Positions 28,971 through 38,646 of a stretch of 50,859 bases of DNA are shown here, in pieces; position 1 is the first letter of the stretch, and the number at the start of each line of letters is the position of its first letter. This DNA is from Thermoanaerobaculales bacterium. GTDB lineage: Bacteria; Acidobacteriota; Thermoanaerobaculia; Thermoanaerobaculales; Sulfomarinibacteraceae. The translations under genes were made by a program, and so were the position numbers. The DNA is taken from the NCBI GenBank assembly GCA_048061535.1, contig JBGMRN010000005.1:1-50859 (forward strand), read 5' to 3'. The notes below the pieces were generated by a model. It was not told the DNA's origin. It was given only the letters and a program-made list of their open reading frames with translations, and ran no database searches.

Positions 28971-30971
28971 ATGTCCGAACCTGTTATGACTGTCGAGCTC
29001 ACCGAGCTGCCCGAGCCGAAGCCCTTCGATCCCGGCATTCGGCGCGCTTCCGACCGCGGTATGACCCTCAACCGCCGCGACGCCAAGGTGGCGCTTGCCA
29101 ATGCCTTGCGCTATGTGCCGACCGAACACCACGAGGTGGTCGGCCCCGAATTCTTTAATGAGCTGCGCACCATGGGCCGGATCTACGGCTACCGCTACCG
29201 CCCTGAAGGGCGCATCTGGGGCCGGCCGATCGACGAGTACGAGGGGCGCATCACCGAGGCCAGGGCGATGCAGGTGATGATCGACAACAACCTCGACTTC
29301 GAGATCGCGCTTTACCCCTACGAGCTGGTGACCTACGGCGAGTCCGGCCAGGTCTGCCAGAACTGGATGCAATACCTGCTCATCAAACGCTACCTCGAGG
29401 TCATGGACGACACCCAAACCCTGGTTGTGAGCTCCGGCCACCCGCTCGGTCTCTTCCCATCGCGCCCCGAAGCGCCGCGCGCCATCATCACCAACGGGCT
29501 GATGGTCGGACTCTTCGACACCCCCGAAGACTTCCACCGCCTCGCCGCCATCGGCTGTGTCAACTACGGCCAAATGACTGCAGGAGGCTGGATGTACATC
29601 GGTCCCCAGGGCATCGTCCACGGCACCTACATCACTCTGCTCAATGCCGGGCGGCTCTATCTCGGTGTCCCCGAAACCGGGAACCTGGCCGGCAGGACCT
29701 TCGTTACTTCCGGTCTGGGCGGAATGTCGGGTGCGCAACCCAAGGCGCTCGAGATCTCCGGTGGCGCCGGCATCGTCGCCGAGGTCGATCCCTCGCGGGT
29801 CGAGACCCGACACTCGCAGGGCTGGGTATCGGAGATCACCGACGATCTGGGCAAGGCGGTCGCGGGGATGCTCGATGCAGCTGAGGCGAGAAGGGCCCTG
29901 TCAATCGGCTATCTGGGCAACATCGTCGATCTCCTCGAATATCTTGACGCCAACGACATCTCGGTCGACCTCTACTCCGACCAGACCTCCTGCCACGTGC
30001 CCTACGATGGCGGCTACACACCGGCTGGACTCGCATTCGAGGAGGGTCGAGAGCTCCTCGCCACCGACCGTGAACGTTTCCGGGAGCTGGTGGATGCCAG
30101 CCTGCTGCGACATTTCCGCGTGCTCAAGCGCCTCACCGACAAGGGCGCCCATTTTTGGGATTACGGCAACGCCTTCATGAAGGCCGTCTTCGACGCCGGC
30201 GCGCCGGAGATCGCCAAGAACGGAGTCGACACAACGGAGGGATTCATCTGGCCCTCCTACGTCGAGGACATCATGGGACCGATGTGCTTCGACTTCGGCT
30301 ACGGCCCTTTCCGTTGGGTCTGTCTTTCGGGCAATCCCGAGGACCTGCACAAGACCGACCGGGCCGCGATGAGAAGCATCGATCCCACGCGCCGCGGTCA
30401 GGATCGTGACAACTGGCATTGGATCCACGATGCCGAGTCCAACGCGCTGGTCGTGGGCACCCAGGCGCGCATCCTCTACGCCGACGCTGACGGGCGTACG
30501 GCGATCGCCCGCGAGTTCAACCGCATGGTGCGCCTCGGCGAAATCGGGCCGGTGATGATGGGACGTGACCACCACGACACCGGGGGGACCGACTCACCGT
30601 TCCGCGAAACGGCAAACATTTACGACGGCTCCGCACTCACCGCCGACATGTCCCACCAGTGCTGGGCCGGCGACGCCGCCCGGGGCATGACTATGGCCGT
30701 CCTTTCCAACGGCGGCGGAGTTGGTACCGGAAAGGCGGTCAACGGCGGCTTCGGACTCGTCCTGGACGGATCCGAACGCGTCGACCGCATCCTTGACACC
30801 GCCTTGGAGTGGGACGCGATGGGCGGCGTTGCCCGCCGCGCATGGGCACGCAACGCCAACGCCATCGAGACGGTTGACACCTGGAACCACGCTAACGCCG
30901 CCCGCGGCCACGTCACCGTCCCGCGCCTCGCCGACGAGGAACTCCTCGAGCGTCTCGTCGGCGAACACTAA
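28971..30971 (+). CDS. hutU: Urocanate hydratase, long form (~666 aa)
   Basis: Urocanase-like blocks: GGWMYIGPQGIVHGTY, GLGGMSGAQPKA, DQTSCH. GGAGG at 28961-28965 precedes ATG 28971. No other hut genes are in the window. Confidence 0.85.
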   Translation: MSEPVMTVELTELPEPKPFDPGIRRASDRGMTLNRRDAKVALANALRYVPTEHHEVVGPEFFNELRTMGRIYGYRYRPEGRIWGRPIDEYEGRITEARAMQVMIDNNLDFEIALYPYELVTYGESGQVCQNWMQYLLIKRYLEVMDDTQTLVVSSGHPLGLFPSRPEAPRAIITNGLMVGLFDTPEDFHRLAAIGCVNYGQMTAGGWMYIGPQGIVHGTYITLLNAGRLYLGVPETGNLAGRTFVTSGLGGMSGAQPKALEISGGAGIVAEVDPSRVETRHSQGWVSEITDDLGKAVAGMLDAAEARRALSIGYLGNIVDLLEYLDANDISVDLYSDQTSCHVPYDGGYTPAGLAFEEGRELLATDRERFRELVDASLLRHFRVLKRLTDKGAHFWDYGNAFMKAVFDAGAPEIAKNGVDTTEGFIWPSYVEDIMGPMCFDFGYGPFRWVCLSGNPEDLHKTDRAAMRSIDPTRRGQDRDNWHWIHDAESNALVVGTQARILYADADGRTAIAREFNRMVRLGEIGPVMMGRDHHDTGGTDSPFRETANIYDGSALTADMSHQCWAGDAARGMTMAVLSNGGGVGTGKAVNGGFGLVLDGSERVDRILDTALEWDAMGGVARRAWARNANAIETVDTWNHANAARGHVTVPRLADEELLERLVGEH

Positions 30972-31151
30972 AACCCGCATATCTCGCCGGGTTCAGTTGC
31001 GAGGGCGGTGAGGTGCCGTGCCCGGTGGGGTTTTCGACCTGAGGGGCGCGGAGCGCGTACTTGCGGTACGTCGAGCACCCCGAGGCGAGAAAACGCCGCT
31101 GGGCACGGTGCATCATCGGCCGCAGCAGGAAGTTGGTGAGATATGCGGGCT
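30972..31151 (+). repeat. ~180-nt palindromic interspersed repeat, copy A (full length)
   Basis: Termini AACCCGCATATCTCGCC ... GGTGAGATATGCGGGCTA are inverted repeats. The arms are imperfectly complementary around the centre CGTAC-TTGCG-GTACG. Nearly collinear with copy B. Begins directly after the hutU TAA. Confidence 0.85.
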
Positions 31152-31162
31152 AACCCCCTCTT

Positions 31163-31208
31163 TTCTTTTCTTCGGTTCGCAGCCCCAGCTGCGAACTGAA
31201 GAAAAGAA
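31163..31208. repeat. Long near-perfect hairpin (21-bp stem, 4-nt loop)
   Basis: TTCTTTTCTTCGGTTCGCAGC-CCCA-GCTGCGAACTGAAGAAAAGAA. There is one G/T opposition in 21 positions. Sits between repeat copy A and the mgtC-like start. Confidence 0.85.
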
Positions 31209-31233
31209 CCAACCAGTGTTTTACACTGGTTGG

Positions 31234-32484
31234 ATGGATACCCTCATGGCCACCCTCCCGCCCGAGCTCGTCGGCTTCGTCCTGACCCTCACGATGTCGC
31301 TGCTCATCGGCTTCGAGCGCGAGGAGCACGAGCCCGAAGGGATCGGAGGCGTGCGCACCTTCCCGATCATGGGTCTCGGCGGTTTCCTTCTGGTCATTGC
31401 CTTCCCCGAGTCCACACTGCCCTTCGCCTCTGGACTTCTGGTTCTCGGCGCCCTGCTCGCGCTCTCCCACTGGGCCAACATCGGCAGGGGTGAGGTCGGC
31501 ATTACCACCGAGGCCGCTGCTCTGCTCACGATCACCCTCGGCGCCTGCGCAGCCAAGGAGCTCTATTGGATCGCCGTCGCGGCGGGCGTCGTCGCCGTCA
31601 TCCTCCTGCAGGAGAAGCGCCGGCTCGAGGGGCTGGCGAACAAGCTGCCGAGGCACGAGCTCCGCACGCTCGTCCGCTTCCTCCTGCTCACCGGTGTGAT
31701 TCTCCCCGTGGTCCCGAGTCAAGCCTTCACCACCTTCGAGATCAACCCTTTCAAAATCTGGCTGGTAGTCGTTGCGGTGAGTGGGATTTCATACTTGAGC
31801 TACCTTCTTCGCCTTCGTCTGGGCGAAGGCCGAGGGCTGATGCTCGCCGGTCTGCTTGGCGGCGCCTACTCATCCACGGTCACAACGGTGGTGCTGGCGC
31901 GGCAGTCAAAAACGTGCGAGCCATATGCCGTTGGCTATGCCGGGGCCATCGTGGCTGCGACCGGCGTGATGTACATCCGTTTGTGGCTGCTGGTGCTGCT
32001 CTTCGCTCCGCCGTTGGCTCACGAGCTCGTGGCCCTTTTCTGGAGCATGGGAGTCCTCGGTATCGGGCTCGGTGCGGTCCTCGCCAGACGAACCTCCACC
32101 GGCGCGACCTCTGATGCCGAGCAGCGACCGGCCGGCAACCCGCTCGAGATGACATCGGCCTTCACTTTCGCGGGCGTTTTCCTGACCGTCCTGGTGGTGA
32201 CGAGAATCGTCGCCGAGCGTTTCGGCGGCACCGGCGTTTTGGTCATGGCAACCGTCATGGGCACTGCGGACGTCGATCCGTTCATCCTCGGCCTCACCCA
32301 GTATGTGGGTCACGGCCTCGATCTCGGCACCGCTGCGCTCGCGGTTGTGATCGCCGCCGCCGCCAACAACTTCATGAAAGGGGTCTACGCTGTCGCCTTC
32401 GGATCCAGGCAAACCGGGCGTCTGAGCCTTGCCATATTGGCGTTTTTCGGCGCTGCGAGCGTCGTCGTATACCTGCTCGTCTGA
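31234..32484 (+). CDS. MgtC/SapB-family membrane protein with DUF4010-like C-terminal half
   Basis: Polytopic protein; the N-terminal MSLLIGFEREEH matches the MgtC family motif. The track ORF start (31018) lies inside a repeat element, so the first plausible start is ATG 31234. Confidence 0.65.
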   Translation: MDTLMATLPPELVGFVLTLTMSLLIGFEREEHEPEGIGGVRTFPIMGLGGFLLVIAFPESTLPFASGLLVLGALLALSHWANIGRGEVGITTEAAALLTITLGACAAKELYWIAVAAGVVAVILLQEKRRLEGLANKLPRHELRTLVRFLLLTGVILPVVPSQAFTTFEINPFKIWLVVVAVSGISYLSYLLRLRLGEGRGLMLAGLLGGAYSSTVTTVVLARQSKTCEPYAVGYAGAIVAATGVMYIRLWLLVLLFAPPLAHELVALFWSMGVLGIGLGAVLARRTSTGATSDAEQRPAGNPLEMTSAFTFAGVFLTVLVVTRIVAERFGGTGVLVMATVMGTADVDPFILGLTQYVGHGLDLGTAALAVVIAAAANNFMKGVYAVAFGSRQTGRLSLAILAFFGAASVVVYLLV

Positions 32485-32488
32485 GGTT

Positions 32489-32661
32489 GACTCGCACCGC
32501 TAAGCTATCTACTGCGGGGCGCAATACACAGCACGTGTCGGCGCTTTCTCGATTTGCTCGCTCGACGTACCGCAAGTACTACTTCGCTCCCAAATCAACG
32601 AGAACACGGACACGCACTGCGCCTTGCACCCCTCGCGACGAAACCTGGTGAGCTTTGCGGA
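32489..32661 (-). repeat. Palindromic repeat, copy D (full length, diverged, reverse orientation)
   Basis: The reverse complement contains GCAAAGCTCACCAGGTTTCGTCGCGAGGG and GTACTTGCGGTACGTCGAGC, matching copies A and B. It fills the whole gap between the convergent mgtC-like and phoD-like stop codons. Confidence 0.7.
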
Positions 32662-32666
32662 CTCAA

Positions 32667-34844
32667 TCATGGTCCCTGACTGAGTTCTCCATTCTGGACC
32701 GTGAACGTCGTTGTGGTGAAGAGGTCCGCGAGATCGTCAGGACTGTCGTAGAAGCTCGTGGATACGTGCTCGGTCGAGATCTCGTGGATCTCGACCTCGA
32801 ATACGTCGGCGGTTGCTTCGACCACCACGAAGGCGTCGACATCCGTGTCCGCGTAGACGATATCTGAAGGCGATACGTGCTCGTCATCCAGCGATGATAT
32901 CTGGAGCAACGCGTCGAAGTTCGCCAGCAGCTCCTCCAATCCCGGAATCTGACCGAGGATCGGGTCCGAGGCAATCGCATTCTGCACCATCTCCGCGTAG
33001 GAAGAGGAGGATATCGCGGCACCGGTGAACTCGTAAACTCCTTCCCCATGGTCGGTTACGAAGCTGGCGTGGATGTCGCCGGAGAGGACCATCGCGTTCT
33101 CCACCATCCCGAGCAAGGTGATCAGCTCGGTCCTCTTCTGGGGGAAACCGTTGAAGTCCTCGGCGGAGAGGCCGAGCCGGACCCGCAACAGGTCCGGGAA
33201 GTCCGGCGGCAGCATGGCCGCGATCACCGGGTTGGTGAAGTCGATCACCAGCGGAGTCATCATCACCGAGTTCACCAGCACCTTCCAGGTGGCCGGGCTG
33301 CCGAGGAGCGTGCCCTGCAGCCAAGCGTTCTGCACGCCGCCGAAAGCCTCCTGCGCAGCGCCGCCGGTTTCCAGGTAGCGATGGGCTGCATACAGGTTGA
33401 AGGTGTCGAGCATGACCTGGCTGCGCGAACCCGTGGAGGAGTACATCGCAGTCTTGCCGATATAGAGATACGAGATGCCGCACGGCAGCATCGCCTGGAT
33501 GTCGGGGGTGAACGGAGGCGGCAGATCGGCCGCCGCGTACAGCGCGTTGATAAAGCTGGTGCTCTGGTTACCCTCCAACATCTCTTCGGCGAGGCGCACC
33601 GCAGCGAAGGTGTCGAGCGCCGGGTTCTCCATCATGTATGCCTGGGAGGCGATCAGGGTCGCTGTCTGCCGCAGGATCGGCAGGAAAGCGCCCAGCAGAT
33701 CCATGTCGACGTAGGGGTCGAAGTTCGACTTCACCGCTTCGAAGACAGGCTCGGAAAGCAGCTGAATCAGACCGTCCTGGTCCACCGCAATGGCGCCGGG
33801 AAACGCGTCCTCGGCCACCAGGTGGTCCGGACGGAAGGTGCGGTAGTCGGAGAGTACCAGGTGGACCAACGACCCGAACATGAAGTCGCGGTAGATTCCG
33901 GAGTTGGGATAGAGGTTGCTGTCGTCGATCGTGAGCAACCCGTCGTCCCCGAGACCGGCCTCGGTTGGAATCCACTCGTAAAACGCCTGCTCGGCGTTGC
34001 GGCGGCGCTGCTCGTCGAACTCGTCCACCCGGCCGCTCGAGTACGTCGCGGTGGCGCCCCAACAGTCGTTGGAGTACTCGTGGTCATCCCAAATAACGAT
34101 CATCGGCCAGCGTTCATGCATCCGCCGCAGCATCTCGTCCGAGCGAAAGGTGCGGTACAAGGTTCGATAGTTGGCGAGGCTTGCCGCCGCGTAATAACGG
34201 TTTTCCGGCGAACCGAGGGGGATGGCGCCCTCGATGTCCTCGAAAACGACCTTGCGCTCTTCGGACGGGTCCTGGAACGAGGGATCGCCGGTGGTCTCGT
34301 AGACGTAGTCACCGAGGTGGACAACGAAGTCGATGTCCTCATCGTGCTCGTTGAGCAGCTCCAGATAAGGGTTGTAGTAGCGCCCGGTAAAGTCCTGGCC
34401 GTACACAACCGCAAAACGCACCGGCTGCGCCGATGCCGGATCGGGGGCGGTGCGGGTGCGGCCAGCGGGCGACACCTCCTCGTCATAGGTGAACCGGTAA
34501 TAGTAGTTCCGGTACGACTCCAGCCCGCCCACCTGAACTTTGACACAGTAGTCATTGAGGGCCCACGCCGAGAGCTCGCGGGTTACGACGATGTTTGAAA
34601 AGCCGGCGTCGTCGGCAACCTCGAGCAGAAGGGCCTTGGGTTCTTCGTCGGTGAGGGCGTCGACTCTCGTCCACAACACCACGCTGTCCGGCCGCGGGTC
34701 ACCCGAGGCCACCGACTGCGGGAAGAAATCGTGGGCCGCGACCGGCGTCGCGATCACCACCACCGCCGCAAACACCGCCATCAGCACTGTTCCCATCACG
34801 CACCGTCGAGCACACATACCTGCCTCCTTCCCGGAAAGCATCAC
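32667..34844 (-). CDS. PhoD-like alkaline phosphatase/phosphodiesterase
   Basis: 725 aa. N-terminus has an RR-containing signal-like segment followed by FPQSVASGDPRPDSVVLWTRV (PhoD N-domain), plus metallophosphatase blocks VHLGDYVYE and IWDDHE. Confidence 0.8.
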   Translation of the reverse strand: MMLSGKEAGMCARRCVMGTVLMAVFAAVVVIATPVAAHDFFPQSVASGDPRPDSVVLWTRVDALTDEEPKALLLEVADDAGFSNIVVTRELSAWALNDYCVKVQVGGLESYRNYYYRFTYDEEVSPAGRTRTAPDPASAQPVRFAVVYGQDFTGRYYNPYLELLNEHDEDIDFVVHLGDYVYETTGDPSFQDPSEERKVVFEDIEGAIPLGSPENRYYAAASLANYRTLYRTFRSDEMLRRMHERWPMIVIWDDHEYSNDCWGATATYSSGRVDEFDEQRRRNAEQAFYEWIPTEAGLGDDGLLTIDDSNLYPNSGIYRDFMFGSLVHLVLSDYRTFRPDHLVAEDAFPGAIAVDQDGLIQLLSEPVFEAVKSNFDPYVDMDLLGAFLPILRQTATLIASQAYMMENPALDTFAAVRLAEEMLEGNQSTSFINALYAAADLPPPFTPDIQAMLPCGISYLYIGKTAMYSSTGSRSQVMLDTFNLYAAHRYLETGGAAQEAFGGVQNAWLQGTLLGSPATWKVLVNSVMMTPLVIDFTNPVIAAMLPPDFPDLLRVRLGLSAEDFNGFPQKRTELITLLGMVENAMVLSGDIHASFVTDHGEGVYEFTGAAISSSSYAEMVQNAIASDPILGQIPGLEELLANFDALLQISSLDDEHVSPSDIVYADTDVDAFVVVEATADVFEVEIHEISTEHVSTSFYDSPDDLADLFTTTTFTVQNGELSQGP

Positions 34845-34920
34845 CGCTCCCCGGACACGTCGAACTGTGGATCATACTTTGCGCTTATAGTACACCTGCG
34901 GCGCCCGGGCCGCACTGAAA

Positions 34921-36675
34921 TCACGCCACCAATAGCTCCTCACCTGCCTTGACCAGGCGAGCGTAGTGGCCGCCCTTGGTCATCAGCTCGGCATGAGTCC
35001 CCTGTTCGACGATACGACCTCCGTCCATGACCACGATCCGGTCGGCCCGTTCGACGGTGGAGAGTCGGTGGGCGACGACGATGACCGTCTTGCGCTCGAA
35101 GATTTGGGCCAGGGCATCCTGGATCAGCTGTTCGGTGAGCGAATCGATGCTGGCGGTGGCTTCGTCGAGGATCACCACCTGAAGATCATGAGCCATGGCG
35201 CGGGCGAACGTCAGCAGTTGGCCCTCTCCTACCGACAAGCCGGCGCCCCGCTCGCGCAGGATGTGGTCCCATCCCAGCCGGTCCACCACCGTGTCGGCGT
35301 GCACCAATGCAGCGGCCTCCACCGTTCGATCGGGCGGAATCGCAGGGTTGCCGAGATCGACGTTGAAGAGCACGGACTCCGAGAAGAGCTGGGGATCCTG
35401 GCGCACCCCGGCCACCTGGCGCCGCACGTCCTGCGAGGACAGATCGCGCAGCTCGCGGCCGTCGATTGTAATGCTGCCGCGGTAGCCGGTGTAGGAGGTG
35501 TTGAGAAGGCGGGTCAGGGTGGTCTTCCCCGAGCCCGTGGCGCCGACGACCGCAATCACTTCGCCCGGCTGCACCTCGAGGTCGATACCCTTGAGCACGT
35601 CCTCAGATTCCGGCCGGTATCGGAACCAAACGTCCTCGAATCGGATAGCACCGGAAATTTCGGGCAGCGGCTGCCCCCCTGCCGTCACGGTCGCAGTCTC
35701 GTCAAGGAGGTCCAGGATTTTTTCGAGCGCCGCCGCGCCCCGTTGCAGCACCGCCACCTTGCCCGAGACCTCGCGCAAGGGCCTGAAGAGGCGATCGAGG
35801 TACTCGATGAAAGCAACCAGCAGGCCCGCGCTCACCGGCTCGATCTGGGGCACGGGCAGACCCATCTGCGCAGCCAGACCGGAGCCGTACCACAGCATCA
35901 CGGCGACGCAGATCGAAGCCGCGCCGTCGACCAACGCGTACATGAAAGAGTCGTAGACGTTGGACCGCGTGGTGGCGCGGCGGAAGCGTTGGTTGTGGCG
36001 GTCGAAGAGCTCCTCGCTGGCGGTCTCGTGGTTGAAAAGCTGTACGACCTCCACCCCGTCGATACGCTCGGCCAGGAAGGCGTTGACCGACGCCAGAGCT
36101 TCGCGCACCTCGACGAAGAGCTTTCTCAACCGCCTCCTGATGATCTCGAGCAAAGCGAGAAGCAAGGGCGCAAGCAAGAGCAGCACGACCGTCAGCCCGG
36201 CATCGAGCCAGAACATCGCGACAAGGGTTCCGACGATCATCAGCAGATCAAGGACAATGGTGATGAGGCCCGAGGAGAACGCCTCGCCGATGGCGTCCAC
36301 ATCGCTCGTCGCCCTGGTCAGCAGCCGGCCCGCCGGTTGGCGGTCGAGGAAAGCCTGCGACAGCCCCAGCAGCTGGCGATAGATTCCCGAACGGAGGCGC
36401 ACGATGCTGCGCTGGCCGCCCCATGCGAGGATCAGTACATAGGCCGCCTCGAGGATGTAGGCCGCTACCGCAGCCACGATGTAGAGCGCGGCGAGACCCA
36501 TCAGCCCCTCGGCCACACCCGCTGCGATGTGATCGTCGATCGCTGTTTTCAGGAGATAGGGTTGGATCAGGCTCAGCGCCGCCGTCATCGGCGTCAATAA
36601 AAGCGCCAACAAAAAGACCCAGGCGTCCGGTCGAACGAACGGCCACAACCGCCGCAACATCCCCGCATCACTCAC
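34921..36675 (-). CDS. ABC exporter, fused permease/ATPase (heterodimer partner 2)
   Basis: 584 aa. Walker A GATGSGKTTL, signature LSVGEGQL, Walker B VVILDEATASID. The start overlaps the upstream ABC gene stop by 4 nt. Confidence 0.85.
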   Translation of the reverse strand: MSDAGMLRRLWPFVRPDAWVFLLALLLTPMTAALSLIQPYLLKTAIDDHIAAGVAEGLMGLAALYIVAAVAAYILEAAYVLILAWGGQRSIVRLRSGIYRQLLGLSQAFLDRQPAGRLLTRATSDVDAIGEAFSSGLITIVLDLLMIVGTLVAMFWLDAGLTVVLLLLAPLLLALLEIIRRRLRKLFVEVREALASVNAFLAERIDGVEVVQLFNHETASEELFDRHNQRFRRATTRSNVYDSFMYALVDGAASICVAVMLWYGSGLAAQMGLPVPQIEPVSAGLLVAFIEYLDRLFRPLREVSGKVAVLQRGAAALEKILDLLDETATVTAGGQPLPEISGAIRFEDVWFRYRPESEDVLKGIDLEVQPGEVIAVVGATGSGKTTLTRLLNTSYTGYRGSITIDGRELRDLSSQDVRRQVAGVRQDPQLFSESVLFNVDLGNPAIPPDRTVEAAALVHADTVVDRLGWDHILRERGAGLSVGEGQLLTFARAMAHDLQVVILDEATASIDSLTEQLIQDALAQIFERKTVIVVAHRLSTVERADRIVVMDGGRIVEQGTHAELMTKGGHYARLVKAGEELLVA

Positions 36676-38468
36676 GACGCCTTCTCCTCGCCCTCGGCCC
36701 CCTGGGCCTGAATCTGCCAGGTATCGCGGTAGAGCCCCGGTCGCTCCAAGAGCTCGGAATGCGATCCAAGATCCGCCAGCCGGCCGCGGTCGAGCACCAA
36801 AATGAGATCGCAGTGACGCAGCGCGGACAGGCGGTGGCTCGCAATCAATACAGTCGGTGCGTCTGGACGGCGGGTGAGCGCGGTGATGGTTTCAATGAGC
36901 TCCGCCTCGGTGCGATGATCCACCGCTGAGAGCACGTCGTCGAGGATCAGGAAATCGCCTCCTCGGAACAGGCCCCGCGCCAACGCAACCCGCTGCCGCT
37001 GCCCCCCCGAGAGCATGATCCCTCGCTCGCCGACCACAGTGTTCAAACCGTTCGGGAGAGCATCGAGGTCCCGACCGAGCGCGGCCTTCTCCACCGCGGC
37101 GCCCACCGCATTCTCGTCAAATTCCTCCGCCATCGCAACATTCGAAGCGATCGTGTCGGAAAAAAGGAACGGCCGTTGGGGGACCACTGCGAGCCGCTCA
37201 CGCCACGCATCGAGATCGAGGGCGGTGAGATCGACACCGTCCACGAAGACCATCGACGAGGCCGGATTGTGCTGCCGCGTGAGTATGCTGAGCAGCGTGC
37301 TCTTGCCGCTGCCGGTGCGCCCGCACAGCCCCACAACCGCGCCGGCCGGGATCTCCACGCTGATCCCGTGGAGGACCTCGCGCTCCGGTTCATCGGGGTA
37401 GGAGAAACTCAGGTCACGAAGCTCCAGAGCGGGACCACGCCCCGTCGCCGGAATCAGTCCTGTGCTTCCCTCCGGCCGGTCCACCGGCGCATCCATGAGC
37501 TCGAAGATACGCTCGAGGGCCGCGCGCCCGCGCTGCAAGACCGACATCATCCAGCCCAACGAGCGCAGCGGCGGCAGAAGGACCGTGAGCAGAGCAGTGA
37601 AGGTGACCAGGTTACCCAACGAAAGCGTTCCTTCGAGAACCAATCCGCCGCCGACCGAAATGAGGACGAACATCGCGATACCGCCCGAGAGCACCAACAG
37701 CGGCAACGCCAGCGCACGGATCAGCGCGAGCCGCATCCCGGTGCGCAACCACTCGTGGTTGCGCGCCTCGAACCCGCGCACGAAGGCCTCCTCGGCGACG
37801 AATCCCTGGATCGCCGCCACGCCCTGCAAGCTGCCGAGGACGTACTCAGAGATCTCTCCGAGCTGTTCCTGGAGCCGAAGCACAAGATGAAAAAGACGCC
37901 TGATTCCGAACTGTACGGCCGCCATCCCGACCAGGATCGGAACCAAGGCCATCAGGGTCAGCCGCGGTGACAGCGAGAGCATCTTCCAGCCGGTGAGCGT
38001 CACCGCCATGGTCACGTTGACAACCTGCAGCCCACCGAATCCGACCAGCGTGCGAACCCAGGTGACATCGTTGGACGCGCGGCTGACGATATCTCCGCGG
38101 TTGTGGCTGGCGTAGAACTCGGGCTGCAGGCGCAGCAGACGAGAAAAGAGGTCCTTGCGCAGATGGTACTCGAGGTGACGACCGGGGTTGAAGATAAGGA
38201 CCCGGGAGAGCGAGCGGACCAGGATCACCGACACCCCCATCAGGGCGATCGCAGAAACGAACCCCCCCAGCGGCTGCCCCCCGCGCATGGCGTCGATGGC
38301 GCTCCCGATCTGGCCGGGAATACTGACCGCGATGTAGTTAGTCAACCACAGGCAGACCACTCCGGCGAGATAGCTCCGCCGATAGCGCCAGGCATACTCC
38401 CTCATCAACCTCAGAACCGGCCGTCGGGTAGTTGTGTAGTCGGGGTGTCGGCCAACCATCTTCGTCAC
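36672..38468 (-). CDS. ABC exporter, fused permease/ATPase (heterodimer partner 1)
   Basis: 598 aa. Walker A GRTGSGKSTL, signature LSGGQRQR, Walker B FLILDDVLSAVD. Confidence 0.85.
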   Translation of the reverse strand: MTKMVGRHPDYTTTRRPVLRLMREYAWRYRRSYLAGVVCLWLTNYIAVSIPGQIGSAIDAMRGGQPLGGFVSAIALMGVSVILVRSLSRVLIFNPGRHLEYHLRKDLFSRLLRLQPEFYASHNRGDIVSRASNDVTWVRTLVGFGGLQVVNVTMAVTLTGWKMLSLSPRLTLMALVPILVGMAAVQFGIRRLFHLVLRLQEQLGEISEYVLGSLQGVAAIQGFVAEEAFVRGFEARNHEWLRTGMRLALIRALALPLLVLSGGIAMFVLISVGGGLVLEGTLSLGNLVTFTALLTVLLPPLRSLGWMMSVLQRGRAALERIFELMDAPVDRPEGSTGLIPATGRGPALELRDLSFSYPDEPEREVLHGISVEIPAGAVVGLCGRTGSGKSTLLSILTRQHNPASSMVFVDGVDLTALDLDAWRERLAVVPQRPFLFSDTIASNVAMAEEFDENAVGAAVEKAALGRDLDALPNGLNTVVGERGIMLSGGQRQRVALARGLFRGGDFLILDDVLSAVDHRTEAELIETITALTRRPDAPTVLIASHRLSALRHCDLILVLDRGRLADLGSHSELLERPGLYRDTWQIQAQGAEGEEKAS

Positions 38469-38646
38469 GCTCCGTTCAACAGATACCTATCCTCGCATGT
38501 TTCCAGTTTCTGCTTCCTGCCCCGCTTCGCGACTATGGATTTTGAGGAAGCGAAGCGCAGGGAGGAATGATGGAAGGGTGACCGGATACGACTTTAGTGG
38601 TTGCGGGTTACACTGGGTCGGCACGACCGGTCAAGGAGGGAACCCG

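Noticed and set aside
30913-31116. Small minus-strand ORFs in repeat copies A and B (30913-31116 and 47734-47949) that share FLASGCSTY...LRAPQVENPTGHG.
   Set aside because: The similarity is a by-product of the nucleotide repeat. The starts and ends differ between copies and extend outside the element. There is no SD motif. The partial and diverged copies do not keep the frame, and the substitutions fit hairpin conservation better than coding.
38505-38580. Imperfect hairpin (CTTCCTGCCCCGCTTCGC ... GCGAAGCGCAGGGAGGAA) upstream of hpt, considered as a purine- or PRPP-type riboswitch.
   Set aside because: I could not match it to any riboswitch consensus I know, and the pairing needs bulges. It may simply be the promoter or leader region shared with the divergent ABC operon. 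It would need cmscan to decide.
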